NCBI GenBank assembly: GCA_965208325.1
Contig: OZ242326.1
Span: 672,001-736,000, forward strand
DNA from: Candidatus Poribacteria bacterium
GTDB lineage: Bacteria; Poribacteria; WGA-4E; PCPOR2b
DNA length: 64,000 nucleotides
Direction: 5' to 3'
The notes under the pieces were generated by a model. It saw only the letters and a list, made by a program, of their open reading frames with translations, did no database searches and was not told where the DNA came from. Both the position numbers and the translations under genes were made by a program. Positions 20,209 through 29,991 of this stretch are shown in pieces (position 1 is the stretch's first letter; each line of letters opens with the position of its first letter).

Positions 20209-22647
20209 ATGCCCTCCACCCGGGAGATGCTTGATAGAAACGATTTGGTTTACAACGTACTGCCGCCTCGTTGGGTTTTTGGGTTGCCGATTGGTAACGG
20301 ACAGATTGGCGGGATGGTATGGGTAGAGGATGGAACGAAGGTCGTGATTACGCTCGATCATGTTTGGGCATGGGACCTGCGCGAGCATCCCCGGAATGAC
20401 CATGAAAAGCTTCGTTTCGACAATTTCGTTGAACGTAACGGGCACTTACTCCGAAAAGACCGCCTCGCGGACATTGAAGCCGGCCGCCTCCCTACCGAAG
20501 CCGGTTTCTTGACGGACATTCTTTGCTCGGTTGACTGGAGCCTGTCACTGCCTTCAAAAACGCACGTGGGGCGCTTCGTCATTGAATTCGACCAGAAAAT
20601 TACGGGATCTGCCCGCCTATGTCTTTGGGATGCGGAGGCGGTATTAGAACTCCGTACTGAAGCCGGCGAGGTAGTACGCCTTGAAATTCGCGCCGATGCG
20701 CATGTGCCCGTAATCGCGGTATCATACAACCGCCGGGATATCATAACGGACTTTCGCCTCGAAAGAGTCGCGTCCGACGATTTGATTCCGCATCGACCAG
20801 CGGGGGAAGCCACTCCGGCGTGGTATAGACTACCGGATTGTGAATGCGGGAAAAGAGGGGAAATCAGATGGATGCACCAAAAAATCCCGCAAAGCCCGTC
20901 GTTGGTACTCGCGTTCCTTCCGGGTGACGAGCAGACTGTCGTCACTGTGCAGGCTTCTCATGACGGCAACGATTCTGTGGAATCCGCCGTAAGTGCGCTT
21001 AAACAGGCGATGTCCACGCCTGAGCGGCATCTCGCGGAACACCGCACGTGGTGGCAACGGTTTTGGGGGCGTTCTAGCGTCCAACTGCCAGATGCGAAGA
21101 TTGGGTCCTTATGGTACATGGGACTGTATCTATTAGCGTCCTCCAGCCGCGAAGGCGGCGCTTCGGTGAGTTTGCACGGGCTCTGGCAACCAGATAGCCG
21201 AATGCCGCCGTCCTTGGGCCTCTACATCTGGGACTTCTATCCCCAATACTGGGGGATTTATGGCGCAAACCATCTGGAGTTGGGAACAGCCTACTACGAG
21301 CACTTTCTCTCAATCCTGCCTCGCCTGAAAGAAGAGACTGTGAAATTCTACGGTTGGGATGGCGTTTTTGTGCCTGGCCAAATGGCGATTGACGGATCTT
21401 GGCTACTCGCTCCGTGGCCGCATGTCCTTTTTTGGCCGGGAACTAGCGCTTGGATAGCGCAAGCGTTTTGGCAGCACTATCTCTATAGCGGAGATGAAGC
21501 GTTCCTCAGGGACAAGGCGTACCCCTTCATGCGTGAGTGCATGTTGTTTTACGAGGGTTTTCTGAAAAAAGGCGAGGACGGCAAGTATCACATTCATCCC
21601 ACTCAATCGCCAGAGACGGGTGGCTGGGGAAGGGACGATACCCTTTCACTTTCGTTGCTGCGCAATCTCATCAGCGGGCTGTTAGAAGCGGTCAATACAA
21701 TTGGATTGAATGAACCGCATAGAGAGATTTGGACGGAGATACTGGATAACCTGCCCGACTACCATCAGGGCGATTCCGGTTTGCATTTGAAAGAGGACGC
21801 GGCCTATACCCGGTGTCATCGCCACCTGTCCCATCTTGCGCCAATCTATCCCGTTGGCGACATCAATATTGACGGGTCAAAGCAGGAGTCGCAACTCATT
21901 GAGAGATCGCTCAATACGGTGGTTTCCAAGGGATATGGAATCTGGGTGGGTTGGTCATTCGCGTGGGCTTCACTTATCGCCGCGCGGGCTGGACGAAAGC
22001 AGATGGCGTGGTGGACGCTCAAGCAACTCGCGGATGCGTACGTCTCATGCAACACATTCAACCTGAATCTCGATTGGGAACGGAACGGCATCGCATCGGA
22101 TACAGACGCCTACTGCCAGGACGGAAACATGGCGGCTGTGGCAGCCGTCAACGAGATGCTTTTACAGAGTTGGGGAGGACGCATCCGTGTTTTTCCCGCG
22201 TGTCCCCCGCATTGGCGAGATTGCCGGTTTGACAGACTGCTTTGTGAAGGCGGTATTGAGGTGTCTGCCATTCGTTCAAACGGACAAACTTTGGCGGTTC
22301 ATTTGGCATCTGCATCGGATCAACGTGTACGGCTTTTCGATCCATTTGAGGCTGGGGGCGGTTATCACGATGGATTTCGAATTCAACCCGATTCAGACGG
22401 CGATTTGGTATTGGACTTAATGTCCGGAAAGGGGCTGTGGATAACCGCGACGGCAGAAATTCAGCCTTCCGACGTCGATGCGTTCGCCGTCGACGGATTA
22501 GCAGCGATGGTGAACCCCTACGGATTGAAATACCTCGACGATGCATGGTTCACTGAGAATCCGGATATTCCGGCGGTACACCCCTATTTCTGCGACTCTT
22601 TCGTGAAAGCATCCCCGGTACATTATATTTCGATCGGCGTGTCATGA
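20209..22647 (+). CDS. GH95-like glycoside hydrolase (tandem paralog)
   Basis: GLPIGNGQIGGMVW, TQSPE, HRHLSHLAPIYP, QDGNMAA..NEMLLQSW. Confidence 0.8.
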   Translation: MPSTREMLDRNDLVYNVLPPRWVFGLPIGNGQIGGMVWVEDGTKVVITLDHVWAWDLREHPRNDHEKLRFDNFVERNGHLLRKDRLADIEAGRLPTEAGFLTDILCSVDWSLSLPSKTHVGRFVIEFDQKITGSARLCLWDAEAVLELRTEAGEVVRLEIRADAHVPVIAVSYNRRDIITDFRLERVASDDLIPHRPAGEATPAWYRLPDCECGKRGEIRWMHQKIPQSPSLVLAFLPGDEQTVVTVQASHDGNDSVESAVSALKQAMSTPERHLAEHRTWWQRFWGRSSVQLPDAKIGSLWYMGLYLLASSSREGGASVSLHGLWQPDSRMPPSLGLYIWDFYPQYWGIYGANHLELGTAYYEHFLSILPRLKEETVKFYGWDGVFVPGQMAIDGSWLLAPWPHVLFWPGTSAWIAQAFWQHYLYSGDEAFLRDKAYPFMRECMLFYEGFLKKGEDGKYHIHPTQSPETGGWGRDDTLSLSLLRNLISGLLEAVNTIGLNEPHREIWTEILDNLPDYHQGDSGLHLKEDAAYTRCHRHLSHLAPIYPVGDINIDGSKQESQLIERSLNTVVSKGYGIWVGWSFAWASLIAARAGRKQMAWWTLKQLADAYVSCNTFNLNLDWERNGIASDTDAYCQDGNMAAVAAVNEMLLQSWGGRIRVFPACPPHWRDCRFDRLLCEGGIEVSAIRSNGQTLAVHLASASDQRVRLFDPFEAGGGYHDGFRIQPDSDGDLVLDLMSGKGLWITATAEIQPSDVDAFAVDGLAAMVNPYGLKYLDDAWFTENPDIPAVHPYFCDSFVKASPVHYISIGVS

Positions 22648-22774
22648 GGTTAAATGCATCTCGTGGACGGCGCAGTAGACTCCTGTTGTTTTATAACATA
22701 CGAACACATACCGATTCTTACCGCTCAACACCGTTCTCGGCTTGAGCGGTTCAAAACGCTACGGTAAACACACC

Positions 22775-24736
22775 ATGGATGAAAAATTTCCCAAGAGAGC
22801 GGTGCACCTCGATTTCCACACGATGCCGAGGGTAGAGGACGTTGGCATTGAATTTAACGCAGACGAATTTGCGCAAACGCTTAGCGACGCACATGTGGAT
22901 TTCATCACAGTCTTCGCGCGATGCAACCTTGGTTTTGCCTATTATCCAACAGAGGTTGGTATAGTTCATCCGGGAATCCAGACGGATGACATGCTTGGTC
23001 CTATGATTGAGGCGTGTCACGGTCAAAACATCCGGGTAGCGGCGTATATTAACGCCGGACTCGACCATGAACATGCGCTGCGGCACCGGGAATGGTGTAA
23101 ACTAAACAAAGCCGGACAGGTTTACAATGTTTCGGAGATGGGGCATTATTTCAGAAGCATGTGTTTGAATACCGGCTATGCGGAACACCTCATGCGCATG
23201 GTGGACGAACTCTTGACGAACTACCCCGTTGATGGACTTTTTCTGGACTGCTTCGATCTTTCACCCTGTTACGGCGTAGAATGCCTTTCCGATATGGACG
23301 CATCAGGTCTGGACAAACTCGACGACCATCAGGTCGGCGAATTTTGTGTGCGAATGACGGACGCGTTTCTCGAAAAGGTCAAAAACCGAGCGCGTCAACT
23401 GGCGCCGGGAATTTTTCTTTACTTCAACGGTATTCGCTACAGGAACCAGCCAACCCATATTGAGTTGGAGGTTCTTCCGCCTGCGTGGGGCTACGACTAT
23501 CTGCCATTCGCCATCAGATATGCGCGTACTTTGGGCAAACCCTACTTCACGATGACCGGCAGATTTCATAAGAGTTGGGGGGATTTTGGCGGGATTAGGA
23601 CGGCGCATTCTCTAAGGTTCGACTGTTATTATTCGATTATCAATGGAGGAACCTGCTCCATCGGTGACCACATGCATCCGCGCGGCAAGCTGGATCCGGA
23701 GGTGTATCGGCTGATTGGAAATACTTATGCAGAAATTGAAGCGTTGGAGCCGTGGACGGCGGGGGCGAGCGCTTTATCCGAAATTGTGGTTCTCGATCCG
23801 CGTCTGAGCCGGGTTCCGGGTGAATACCGAATTCGACAGGGACACAGTCTCCAAGGTGCTGCAAGAATGCTGCCGGAATTGAATTGCCAGTTTGACATGA
23901 GCGACGGGGATATAGATCTCTCCGGTTACCGAGTGGTGATTCTACCGGATGATGTCCCATTGGACGAAAAACTTGCGGCGTCGTTAACCCAGTACCTTGA
24001 GAATGGCGGTGCGATAATTAGCTCTGCCTATGCAGGATTAAAGCCGGACAAGAGTGGATTTGCGTTAGATGCTTACAAGGTGAATTACGAAGGGCCAGAG
24101 CCGTATGATTTTACCTTCTTTGAGGCACAGCCCGGCATCGATTTCGAACTGCCCGATATGCTGACAACGATATACGAACCGGGAATTGCCATGACTGCTG
24201 CGGAAGGATCGGAAGTCTTAGCCAAGCTGCACAAACCGTATTTCAACCACGAAGAATGGGATTTGTACCACGAACATCTTTACATTCCGCCCAAAGCGGA
24301 CACGGGCCGGCCGGCGCTGGTGAATTGTGGAAATTTATTCCATTTCAGCTTCCCGATTTTTAAAAACTATATCAACCACGCCGTCGTTCCGCACAGAACA
24401 CTCTTCCGAAACTGTCTGGCGCGCCTACTTCCCAATCCTATCGTAAAGGTTGAAAACCTTCCTTCCTTTGGCCAGGTTACTGTGACAGCGGCGGAAAACC
24501 GGCGGATGGTACACCTGCTCACATACGTGCCGGAACTGCGGGGCAAGGCGCAGATTATTGAAGAGCCGATTTCTGTGCGAGATATTTGCGTATCACTAAG
24601 AATTGATGAGATTTTTCCCAAATCGGTCTACCGTGCGCCTACCGGTGAAAAGCTCGACTTCACGGTGTCGGAAGGGTATGTGCACGTTTCAGCTCTTGAA
24701 ATCTGCGGCTACGAATTGCTAGTGTTTGAGGCGTAA
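22775..24736 (+). CDS. GH151/GHL6-like glycoside hydrolase with a GH42-type trimerisation domain (putative alpha-L-fucosidase)
   Basis: RAVHLDFHT, ITVFARC..G.AYYPT, VDGLFLD, MTGRFHKSWGDFGG, IGDHMHPRG. Confidence 0.8.
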   Translation: MDEKFPKRAVHLDFHTMPRVEDVGIEFNADEFAQTLSDAHVDFITVFARCNLGFAYYPTEVGIVHPGIQTDDMLGPMIEACHGQNIRVAAYINAGLDHEHALRHREWCKLNKAGQVYNVSEMGHYFRSMCLNTGYAEHLMRMVDELLTNYPVDGLFLDCFDLSPCYGVECLSDMDASGLDKLDDHQVGEFCVRMTDAFLEKVKNRARQLAPGIFLYFNGIRYRNQPTHIELEVLPPAWGYDYLPFAIRYARTLGKPYFTMTGRFHKSWGDFGGIRTAHSLRFDCYYSIINGGTCSIGDHMHPRGKLDPEVYRLIGNTYAEIEALEPWTAGASALSEIVVLDPRLSRVPGEYRIRQGHSLQGAARMLPELNCQFDMSDGDIDLSGYRVVILPDDVPLDEKLAASLTQYLENGGAIISSAYAGLKPDKSGFALDAYKVNYEGPEPYDFTFFEAQPGIDFELPDMLTTIYEPGIAMTAAEGSEVLAKLHKPYFNHEEWDLYHEHLYIPPKADTGRPALVNCGNLFHFSFPIFKNYINHAVVPHRTLFRNCLARLLPNPIVKVENLPSFGQVTVTAAENRRMVHLLTYVPELRGKAQIIEEPISVRDICVSLRIDEIFPKSVYRAPTGEKLDFTVSEGYVHVSALEICGYELLVFEA

Positions 24737-24824
24737 GCGTGACGTTGTCCTACATCTTGACAAATTTCAGTTATTGACTTAGTTTTAAAATTTCGTGCAC
24801 CAATTTAGATATGGAGGAATTACT

Positions 24825-25682
24825 ATGTTCAAGAATTTAGCGCCGGGCGGCATCGGCATCCAGGCGAACATACAGGAATCATTAGAGTTGGCGAAGTCCG
24901 CAGGATTTGGTGGGACGGATCTCAACATCGTCGAAGCAAGCACGTTAGCTGAGACGCACTCAATCCAGTATGTCAAAGACCTTTGGTCGGATGCTGGTTT
25001 GCAGATGGGCGCATGGGGACTAGAAATCGACTGGCGCGCGAGCGGCGCAGCATATTACGAAAGCCTATCGCGTTTCGCCAAATTTGCGCAACTCGCAGCT
25101 GACCTCGGCTGTTTCCGCTGCACCAGTGCTCTACCGGGGTGGTCGGATGAACTCACATTTACCGAGAACTGGGATTTCCACGTTAAACGTCTTCGTCCTG
25201 CCGCGGAGATCCTAAAAGATTACGGTCATGCGCTCGGTTTAGAGTATATTGCGCCCAGCACAAGCCGCGCATCGTCTAAGTATGGATTCGTCCATAGCAT
25301 GGACGGTATGTTGGCGCTCGGAGCGGGCATAGGCACGGGCAACGTTCGCTTATTGCTGGATGCATGGCACTGGTATGTTGCGCACGAAACTATTGCGGAT
25401 TTAAAGAAACTAAACGTGGATGATATAGTGTCCGTCCACATTTGCGATGCCCCGGCGGGCGTTGATGTGGACGATCAGGTCGATGGCGTGCGCGCAATGC
25501 CAGCCGAAACGGGGGTTGTGCCGCTGGGTGAATTCATCAGAATTGTCAGCGACCTCGGTTACGACGGGCCGGTTGCGGCTGAACCCCTGAGGAAACCGGC
25601 AGATCACATGTCGCCGATGGAAGCCGCACAAGCCACATCCGAATCATTGGATACGGTTTGGAGGCAAGCCGGTATATCGTAA
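24825..25682 (+). CDS. Sugar phosphate isomerase/epimerase (xylose-isomerase-like TIM barrel)
   Basis: LGLEYI, LLLDAWHW, VHICDA, GYDGPVAAEP; GGAGG RBS. Confidence 0.9.
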   Translation: MFKNLAPGGIGIQANIQESLELAKSAGFGGTDLNIVEASTLAETHSIQYVKDLWSDAGLQMGAWGLEIDWRASGAAYYESLSRFAKFAQLAADLGCFRCTSALPGWSDELTFTENWDFHVKRLRPAAEILKDYGHALGLEYIAPSTSRASSKYGFVHSMDGMLALGAGIGTGNVRLLLDAWHWYVAHETIADLKKLNVDDIVSVHICDAPAGVDVDDQVDGVRAMPAETGVVPLGEFIRIVSDLGYDGPVAAEPLRKPADHMSPMEAAQATSESLDTVWRQAGIS

Positions 25683-25812
25683 GTATGCGCGCGGCGGTTC
25701 TTCGGTGTTTTCAAAATTGCCTCGCACAAACGGGGCGTTGCGTGGTCTAATCACACGGTCTATACGAAACGCAGAAGACTTTTCGCTTAACTATCTGAAA
25801 GGATTTGGATCT

Positions 25813-26226
25813 ATGCCGGTTTTTCAGACTGCGGCTGAACTCTACACTTGTTTTGGCGGCTTGTTGAAGCAGATGGAATCTCAGACGGAAGCGGAGAAGG
25901 GGCTGAAGTCGCTGGATTTAACCATCAGATTTACCTTCACGGAACCGGCAGCTTCCATGTCACTGATTCTGAATCACGGCGAGCAATCCATCTTTTACGG
26001 CGAATGTGAGCAAAACCCTGATTTAAAACTTGCTATGACAGGAGATGTAGCCCATCGTTTCTGGATGGGTGAAATCAACGTGATGGAGGCGATTACAAAG
26101 CGGCAGATTGTGTTCGTTGGCTCGTTGTCAAAGATGCTAAATCTTGCGCCCCTGATTAAGGCCGCAATCAAGGTTTACCCGCGGTATTTTCAAGAATACC
26201 GCACACGGTGTTTGGCGGAGTCTTAA
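25813..26226 (+). CDS. SCP2 sterol-binding domain protein
   Basis: PDLKLAMTGDVAHRFWMGEINVMEAITKRQIVFVGSLSKMLNL matches the SCP2 pattern. Confidence 0.75.
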   Translation: MPVFQTAAELYTCFGGLLKQMESQTEAEKGLKSLDLTIRFTFTEPAASMSLILNHGEQSIFYGECEQNPDLKLAMTGDVAHRFWMGEINVMEAITKRQIVFVGSLSKMLNLAPLIKAAIKVYPRYFQEYRTRCLAES

Positions 26227-26383
26227 GTCTAAAATGCTCCACTTGGAGCGAGCACGGTGAAACCTGCGCTCAGTCTACTCGTTTCTATCGTTAGTACACT
26301 TTAACAGAGTCACGCCGGCGACATGCTCGCCACATTTCTAAATTGCTATGTGACTCTGAAACCCACTCCCAGATTGGACGAAA

Positions 26384-27127
26384 ATGAAATTTGCCGCCCA
26401 AACAGACAGGGGAATCCGCCGCGGACGCAACGAGGATTGTTACTATGTCAATCCCGAAAACAATTTGTTCGTGATTGCAGATGGGATGGGCGGCCACAGC
26501 GCAGGCGAAATTGCTAGTCAGATGGCTGTAGCAGTATTTCAGAATTGGGTGGAACAACTAGACGATGAACCAGCATTCAACCATAACACTGACCCTTCTG
26601 AAAAAATCAGTATACTGACGGAACTTACCATGGAATCGAACCGCCGTATTTACGCTCAATCGCAGCAACTCGGTATCCCGGACGGTATGGGCACAACACT
26701 GACAAACGGTTTCCTAGATTGCACGCACCTTTGCTATGTTCACGTTGGTGACAGCCGGCTCTACATATTGAGGGATGGCGCGTTAACGCAGATTACGAAA
26801 GATCATTCTCTCGTTCAAGAGATGGTAGATGCGGGCAAAATATCGCCCGAAACAGCACGTGTGCACCCACAACGAAACATTATCCGTAACGCAGTTGGCT
26901 TGGAACCGACATTAAAAATTGATTCCGGCTGTTATCCGCTCAAACAAGGCGATCTCGTTCTTGCATGTACCGATGGGCTGCACGACATGATTGTTGACGA
27001 TGCTGAAATAGCAAGACTCATCGCCCCCGCACCAAACCTTGATGCCGCCTGCCATAACCTACTTGACGCCTCGCTTGACTACGGCGGCGAGGATAACGTC
27101 ACGCTGATTCTCGCTAAGCCAGATTGA
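26384..27127 (+). CDS. PP2C-family Ser/Thr protein phosphatase (Stp1/PrpC-like)
   Basis: RGRNED, IADGMGGH, GMGTT, HVGDSR, CTDGL, GGEDNVT. Confidence 0.96.
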   Translation: MKFAAQTDRGIRRGRNEDCYYVNPENNLFVIADGMGGHSAGEIASQMAVAVFQNWVEQLDDEPAFNHNTDPSEKISILTELTMESNRRIYAQSQQLGIPDGMGTTLTNGFLDCTHLCYVHVGDSRLYILRDGALTQITKDHSLVQEMVDAGKISPETARVHPQRNIIRNAVGLEPTLKIDSGCYPLKQGDLVLACTDGLHDMIVDDAEIARLIAPAPNLDAACHNLLDASLDYGGEDNVTLILAKPD

Positions 27128-27251
27128 GTTCAGCGGTAGGAAGGCGAGGCTTTACAGCGATTCCGGCTTAGAAGCGCCCGTTTGCATCTGGCAACGGCTG
27201 CCCGCTAAACGCCGATGTCACCAGGATATTATTACACCGTTTGATACACCT

Positions 27252-27659
27252 TTAGAGTGTAACGCCGCGCCATTCATCTTCAGCACAAGTGATGTCGATT
27301 ACATTTCCGTCCGGATCCGCCACCTTGAAAGATCGCACTGGCGGCGCTTCCATGTCAATTTCATCCCGAATTTTGACATCATCTCGCAACAACCGCGCGC
27401 CTGTTTCACGAAGTGTTTTGTAAGTACACTCTAAATCAGCCACAATCAACCCAAAGTGTACAAATTCTGTACCCTCCTCTAGCGGCAGACGTTCTTCTCT
27501 GTCATACTGTATGATTGTCATGTTGAGGGTACCGTCGGTGAGGTCGATTCCCTTGCCGCTTGGACGATGGCCGATATATTTCAATCCGAGAATCTCGTAA
27601 AACCTTCTTGACGCTTCCATATCGCCCGCTCGAATTGCAATATGCCTCAATGAAGCCAT
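27252..27659 (-). CDS. VOC (glyoxalase-like) family protein
   Basis: LRHIAIRAGDMEASRRFYE, VHFGLIVAD, ADPDGNVIDI. Confidence 0.88.
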   Translation of the reverse strand: MASLRHIAIRAGDMEASRRFYEILGLKYIGHRPSGKGIDLTDGTLNMTIIQYDREERLPLEEGTEFVHFGLIVADLECTYKTLRETGARLLRDDVKIRDEIDMEAPPVRSFKVADPDGNVIDITCAEDEWRGVTL

Positions 27660-27721
27660 TAGAAAGTCCTCCCACTACCTAATTTTCGAGTCGGAAGGCA
27701 GTAGTATTTAACACCGTTAAC

Positions 27722-29431
27722 TCATACTAACGACGACTTCAATTCTTCAAAGTAGTCAGATGCAAGCCTGTTTTCTGCGGCATGGGTCATCTCGTAGCGC
27801 TGACACAACGTGATGTAACGGTGGATGAGTTGTGTGCGCTCCGGAGGCGGGATTTCATCACCAGTGGCAATAATCGCCCTATACGCACAAATGGAAGCCT
27901 TCTCCACACGTGCTCGAACTATATCATCATCCGCTATGGCGAGTGCCCGTTCAAAGTATTCAAATATTTCTCGTGCGAACTCGGCATCCAACCCAACGTC
28001 GTGCGGTAATGGAAAGCAACCCGGATGGAGTCCGCGGGCATCGGCATTATCGTGGAGCCGATTTATATAGTCCAAAATGGGTTGTGCTGCGCGTCCGTAG
28101 TGCAATCTAACAAATTCGTCGCAGAGCGCTTCGTCATCAAGCTCAGGGTCCCAAATCAGGCGGGCGATGATGTAGTTCCGCAGGTCGCATAGCTCGCCGG
28201 TCGTGCTGCTGCCGTTCGCCTGCATGAACACACCCTTTGCGTTATTGCGCAAAAAGTAACGGACATTGGGACCAATAACGCGCAGGTTCGGAAAGGGCAA
28301 ATCATAGGCATGGAAATTCGTGTTGTAGTTCCAAATCCAGATGTCATTGCAGATCTTCCCCCACTCGTCCGCATCCCGGCAGAAAGCACGGTTCTTTTCG
28401 CATTTTGAATCGTCAATTGGGTGTAATGTGCAACACTCGATGCTGCACAATTGGATCTGGACATTGTGCCTCGGGCGGATGGTTATCGGGGCTTTCCGTG
28501 TGTACCAATACGCGAGCGTCCCAATTTTCACGTCTGGATGCACATTCTCGACTTTTTCTGCAACAGCGTTCACGAATGTAAGCTGAGCGCCCATTGGCGT
28601 GTCTTCACGCCCGTTGATTTCTTCACATGAATCACAACGGCAGTATGCGTTGGTATCAGCTTGGCTAACACTGATATTTCGCGATAAGGGTTTGTCGTTC
28701 AATCTTTTTATCGCGGCTGCTGCCGCAGTTTCAACGACCTCCGGATTAGTGACACACAATTGCGGCCCTCCGCCGCGCGTGCGAGTATCGCGCTCACCGT
28801 CCACCAACGCATAAAATTCTGGATTGGATTCCCCGTATTCGTTGTATGGCACCAGTAGGTGGAAGGAGTGGTTGATAAGCGATTGACCGGTGTTGCCGCC
28901 AAGCCGGTCCTCGCCTGTGACGGTGTTGACGCGGAGTTTTGCGGCAAATTCAGGATGCTCCGCGTTCTCCCGGTAGAAGCTCCACCGAAACGAAAATGGT
29001 GGGGTGTAGGTACGAGTGCCGCACGGAATCTTTAGCGCAGTTGCATCAGGAACGTGGGTATGATCGAATGTAAGAAAACGCACGCCCAAGTAATCTTCGA
29101 GAAATTGGTACACGCCGTAAAGCGTGCCGCGCGGACGACCGCCGGCGATTGCCACCCGATCCTTTTCGATGCTAATTTGCAGTTCTTCCTCCTGCATCGC
29201 GGAGGCATCTAGGTTTGCAGCGTCTGCGCCAATAAATACATAACACGGCGTCCCTTCAGCCGCTGAACGCAGCGGCAGTTGGATTCCAGTGCTTCGAGCA
29301 AACCACCGCTGAAATTCTTCCGCCGCATATTTTTCCGAAGGAATTGCCTCATCAGCGACCACAATATCCCATGCGTGCATTCGGGAGCAATCTAGGTAAT
29401 CCCCGCAGTCTACAGCTTTCGAGGCTGGCAT
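27722..29431 (-). CDS. DUF4838 domain protein (GH67/GH20-like N-terminal domain)
   Basis: YAAEEFQ, IAGGRPRGTLYGVYQFLE, NPEFYALVDG.R, QLCVTNPEV, YCRCDSC, TLAY.YT. Confidence 0.8.
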   Translation of the reverse strand: MPASKAVDCGDYLDCSRMHAWDIVVADEAIPSEKYAAEEFQRWFARSTGIQLPLRSAAEGTPCYVFIGADAANLDASAMQEEELQISIEKDRVAIAGGRPRGTLYGVYQFLEDYLGVRFLTFDHTHVPDATALKIPCGTRTYTPPFSFRWSFYRENAEHPEFAAKLRVNTVTGEDRLGGNTGQSLINHSFHLLVPYNEYGESNPEFYALVDGERDTRTRGGGPQLCVTNPEVVETAAAAAIKRLNDKPLSRNISVSQADTNAYCRCDSCEEINGREDTPMGAQLTFVNAVAEKVENVHPDVKIGTLAYWYTRKAPITIRPRHNVQIQLCSIECCTLHPIDDSKCEKNRAFCRDADEWGKICNDIWIWNYNTNFHAYDLPFPNLRVIGPNVRYFLRNNAKGVFMQANGSSTTGELCDLRNYIIARLIWDPELDDEALCDEFVRLHYGRAAQPILDYINRLHDNADARGLHPGCFPLPHDVGLDAEFAREIFEYFERALAIADDDIVRARVEKASICAYRAIIATGDEIPPPERTQLIHRYITLCQRYEMTHAAENRLASDYFEELKSSLV

Positions 29432-29556
29432 TTACCTCACCATTCTTGCAAGTGTTGCAGATCGACCACTTGAAATTATCGGAGCACGTACTACGTACAG
29501 CGAACGTCACGTCTGGTGTTACCGAGTGTGGAGGTTATCTCCATCACGACGTCACC

Positions 29557-29961
29557 TCATTCGGTCGGGCAACTGTCGGATTCACATTTTGTGCCTCCCA
29601 AACGCGAGCGGTTTTTTGAGATAATCAAATATATCCCTTTCAGCAGCGTTTTAATCACGGGCACGAGGTAGATCCATGTGATATAGCGAAACTTGCCAAT
29701 TCGCCGGTAAATCTGATATAAAGCGTCTGCTCCGCAATGAACCGTTCCGGCGTGGTCAATTAACCGCATCCCAGACTTTGACTCGATCTGGAGGAGCTGC
29801 GGATAAAGCGCGTGGAGATCTTGCGTCTGCTTTGGGGTATAGAGAAACTGATCGGCGTTATCTCTGTCGCGAATGCGCTGAATTCCGCTATCACAAAAAT
29901 TACACTCAGCATCGTAGATAATCACAGGTCTGGCCGGTTCGGTTACGTTGTTCGTATTCAT
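29557..29961 (-). CDS. DUF393/DCC family thiol-disulfide oxidoreductase-like protein
   Basis: IIYDAECNFC, GADAL, YLIISKNR. Confidence 0.85.
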   Translation of the reverse strand: MNTNNVTEPARPVIIYDAECNFCDSGIQRIRDRDNADQFLYTPKQTQDLHALYPQLLQIESKSGMRLIDHAGTVHCGADALYQIYRRIGKFRYITWIYLVPVIKTLLKGIYLIISKNRSRLGGTKCESDSCPTE

Positions 29962-29991
29962 AGGGAAAAACCTCCTTCAATGTTTCGCTCC

